A stretch of 45,481 nucleotides of DNA from an uncultured Gammaproteobacteria bacterium (GTDB lineage: Bacteria > Patescibacteriota > Microgenomatia > Daviesbacterales > UBA10151), in NCBI GenBank assembly GCA_964551255.1, contig CAZKAW010000001.1:31062-76542 (forward strand), read 5' to 3'. Below are positions 43,229-45,481 of this stretch, piece after piece. Below the pieces are notes generated by a model that searched no databases, was not told where the DNA came from, and worked only from the letters and a program-made list of their open reading frames with translations. The translations under genes were made by a program, and so were the position numbers. Within the stretch, counting starts at the first letter, position 1. Each line of letters begins with the position of its first letter.

Positions 43229-45480
43229 TTTTTGTATTTCTTTCCGCTACCACAATAGCAGGGATCGTTCCGGCCTATTTTTCCATGAGGCTTGGTTAAT
43301 TGTCCCTGACCTCCATAAATTTGTTCTGTGACCACCCCACCCCTTTCTATGGTAACTTTTGTTACTCCGCCCTCTTCAACTTTCCCTGTTTCAACTTCTT
43401 CTTTTTCTGTTTCCACTCCCACCTCAATCTCAGGATGTTTTTCTTCCACCATCACTGATTGAGGTTGGATAATGGAGGCCTGATTCTGGACTGCTACCTT
43501 ATAAATTCTGTGTACTATTTCATAATCAATTTCCACCATCAGCTTTTCGAACAAATCAAAACCTTCTCTTTTATATTCAATCAGAGGATCTCTTTGGGCA
43601 TAACCTCTGAGCCCTATCCCGGATCTTAAATCATCCATGGTATCCAAATGTTCAATCCAAAGAGTATCAATGGTATTTAAATAAACAAATACCTCCATTT
43701 GTCTTGCCACCTCACCCCCAACTTGTTTTTCCCTGGTGTCATAAAAATTCTTTGCCAAGTCGCTTAAGAATCGGCTTATCTCTTCCGTATTAGAAAAGGT
43801 GCCAAATTGTTTTTCCATCTGCTTTTTACTTCCTTCATCAATCGGTACAATGGTGGAAAATTCCTCCACTATTTTGTTCCCGTTTATTCCCTGCCCGTCC
43901 GGCAGACGGGCTTCCTCAGAATTGATAGTGACAATATTTTCAATTTCTCTTGCTATTTTTTCTAAAATTTCTTCTTTAAGTCTTTGATTCTTACTTTCAG
44001 CAGTTTCCAAAACCTTTTTTCTAACTTCATAAATAATTTTTCTTTGTTGATTCATCACATCGTCATACTCCACAGTATGTTTTCTGATATCAAAATTGTG
44101 ACCTTCAACTTTTTTCTGTGCCCCCTCTATGGCTTTGGAAACCAGTCCGTGTTCAATCGGCACATCTTCCGGCATTTTAAGAAAATCCATTACTTTGGAA
44201 ACTTGTTCTCCTCCAAAAATTCTCATCAAATCATCCTCCAAAGATACAAAAAATCTGCTTTCTCCCGGATCTCCCTGACGGCCTGAACGACCCCGCAGCT
44301 GGTTATCAATTCTTCTGGATTCATGCCTTTCTGTACCGATTACATACAACCCGCCCAATTTATCTATTTCCTTGCCTAAGATAATGTCCACACCTCTTCC
44401 GGCCATATTGGTAGCTACAGTCACTGCTCCTTTTTCTCCGGCATGGGAAATAATTTCCGCTTCTTTTTCATGATTTTTGGCATTAAGCAAGGCATGAGAA
44501 ATTCCTTTTCTTTTGAGAAGTTCCGATAAAAATTCATTTTTATCAATCGAGGTGGTCCCCACTAAAACCGGCTGGCCCTTTTGATAAAGCTCTTCTACCA
44601 GATTGGCAACGGCCGTATATTTTCCAGCTTGAGTTTTATAGATAGTGTCCGGATGATCCGCTCTTATCATTGGGTTATTGGTGGGAATTACCACCACTTC
44701 CAGTTTGTAAATTTTGTTAAACTCTTCCGCTTCTGTGGCTGCAGTCCCGGTCATTCCGGCCAATTTTTCATACATCCTGAAGTAATTTTGAAAAGAAATG
44801 GTAGCTAAAGTTTGGGACTCTTGTTGAATAAACACTCCTTCTTTGGCTTCAATGGCTTGATGCAACCCTTCCGAATAGCGACGGCCCAACATTAACCTCC
44901 CGGTAAACTCATCTACAATAATTACCTCACCGTCTTTGACCACATAATCTTTGTCTTTATGAAATAAAGTTTTGGCTTTTAAGGCTTCTTCCAGGTGATG
45001 CAAGGTAGAAAAATCCTTCTCATATAGATTGTCTACATGCAGCATTTTTTCTATCTTTAATGTTCCATGCTCAGTTAAATGCGCGGTTCTTACCTTTTCA
45101 TCAATTACATAGTCAGAAGCTAGCAGCGAATCAATTATTTTGGCAAATTCGTAGTATTTCTCTGTAGCTTCCTGTGCAGGCTGAGAAATAATTAAGGGGG
45201 TTCTCGCCTCATCAATTAAGATAGAATCTACTTCATCAACTACAGCAAAAAAGTGTCCCCTTTGAGATTGGTCCGGCAACCTGAAAACCATGTTATCCCG
45301 CAGATAATCAAAACCAAACTCGTTATTAGTACCATATGTAATATCAGCTCCGTAAGCTTCTTTCCGGGAAACAGGCCGAAGATGTTGTAAACGCTTATCT
45401 TCGTGGGTTGTATCTTTATATTTGGGGTCATAAATATAAGCTGCATCATGAACAATAGTGGCACATGTTGCTCCCAGGCC
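43210..45480 (-). CDS. secA: Preprotein translocase ATPase SecA (5-prime partial; runs off the window edge)
   Basis: The frame stays open from 45291 to the window edge (..ITYGTNNEFGFDYLRDNMVFR..). VVDEVDSILIDEARTPLIIS (DEAD-like motif), TNMAGRGVDI, and the C-terminal zinc-binding tail RNDPCYCGSGKKYKKCH. Confidence 0.95.
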   Translation of the reverse strand, partial: GLGATCATIVHDAAYIYDPKYKDTTHEDKRLQHLRPVSRKEAYGADITYGTNNEFGFDYLRDNMVFRLPDQSQRGHFFAVVDEVDSILIDEARTPLIISQPAQEATEKYYEFAKIIDSLLASDYVIDEKVRTAHLTEHGTLKIEKMLHVDNLYEKDFSTLHHLEEALKAKTLFHKDKDYVVKDGEVIIVDEFTGRLMLGRRYSEGLHQAIEAKEGVFIQQESQTLATISFQNYFRMYEKLAGMTGTAATEAEEFNKIYKLEVVVIPTNNPMIRADHPDTIYKTQAGKYTAVANLVEELYQKGQPVLVGTTSIDKNEFLSELLKRKGISHALLNAKNHEKEAEIISHAGEKGAVTVATNMAGRGVDIILGKEIDKLGGLYVIGTERHESRRIDNQLRGRSGRQGDPGESRFFVSLEDDLMRIFGGEQVSKVMDFLKMPEDVPIEHGLVSKAIEGAQKKVEGHNFDIRKHTVEYDDVMNQQRKIIYEVRKKVLETAESKNQRLKEEILEKIAREIENIVTINSEEARLPDGQGINGNKIVEEFSTIVPIDEGSKKQMEKQFGTFSNTEEISRFLSDLAKNFYDTREKQVGGEVARQMEVFVYLNTIDTLWIEHLDTMDDLRSGIGLRGYAQRDPLIEYKREGFDLFEKLMVEIDYEIVHRIYKVAVQNQASIIQPQSVMVEEKHPEIEVGVETEKEEVETGKVEEGGVTKVTIERGGVVTEQIYGGQGQLTKPHGKIGRNDPCYCGSGKKYKKCHYPN

Positions 45481-45481
45481 A

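Noticed and set aside
45240-45464. 74-aa minus-strand ORF at the window edge
   Set aside because: It is out of frame with the secA reading frame, which demonstrably continues (conserved SecA motifs) to the edge of the window.
1-45481. Search of the intergenic gaps for tRNA, rRNA, CRISPR arrays, IS elements, transposases or integrases
   Set aside because: All gaps are shorter than about 185 nt. None shows cloverleaf-like arms or repeat-spacer structure. No ORF has recombinase or transposase motifs (no R-H-R-Y or DDE patterns seen). The accessory patch therefore cannot be called a classical mobile element.

Overview
AT-rich (about one-third G+C by eye), almost gap-free bacterial window using the standard genetic code: RF2 is present and TGA is used as a stop. 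About 45% of the sequence encodes 14 large polytopic membrane proteins that look like GT-C-type (ArnT/PMT-like and related) glycosyltransferases, arranged in several tandem paralog families. Interleaved with them are three GT2 polyprenyl-phosphate sugar synthases (one fused to a GT-C-like domain, one to a GtrA-like domain), a Wzx-like flippase, the dTDP-rhamnose pathway (rfbABCD) and GDP-mannose 4,6-dehydratase. The rest is housekeeping: prfB, ftsE/ftsX plus an M23 peptidase, tsaE, a mini tsaB, nnrD, a CofE-like gene and a 5-prime-partial secA. There is also a ~2.6 kb accessory patch (NYN nuclease, retropepsin-like protease pair, wHTH, PIN-RHH toxin-antitoxin) bracketed by three direct copies of the 5-prime end of an asparaginase-like gene. 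One gene, a Tat-signal clan GH-A-like hydrolase, is compositionally foreign. I saw no rRNA, tRNA, CRISPR, transposase or integrase. Gene content and style suggest a Patescibacteria/CPR (Microgenomates-like) genome, but that is inference only. All family calls rest on motif recognition by eye; no searches were run.
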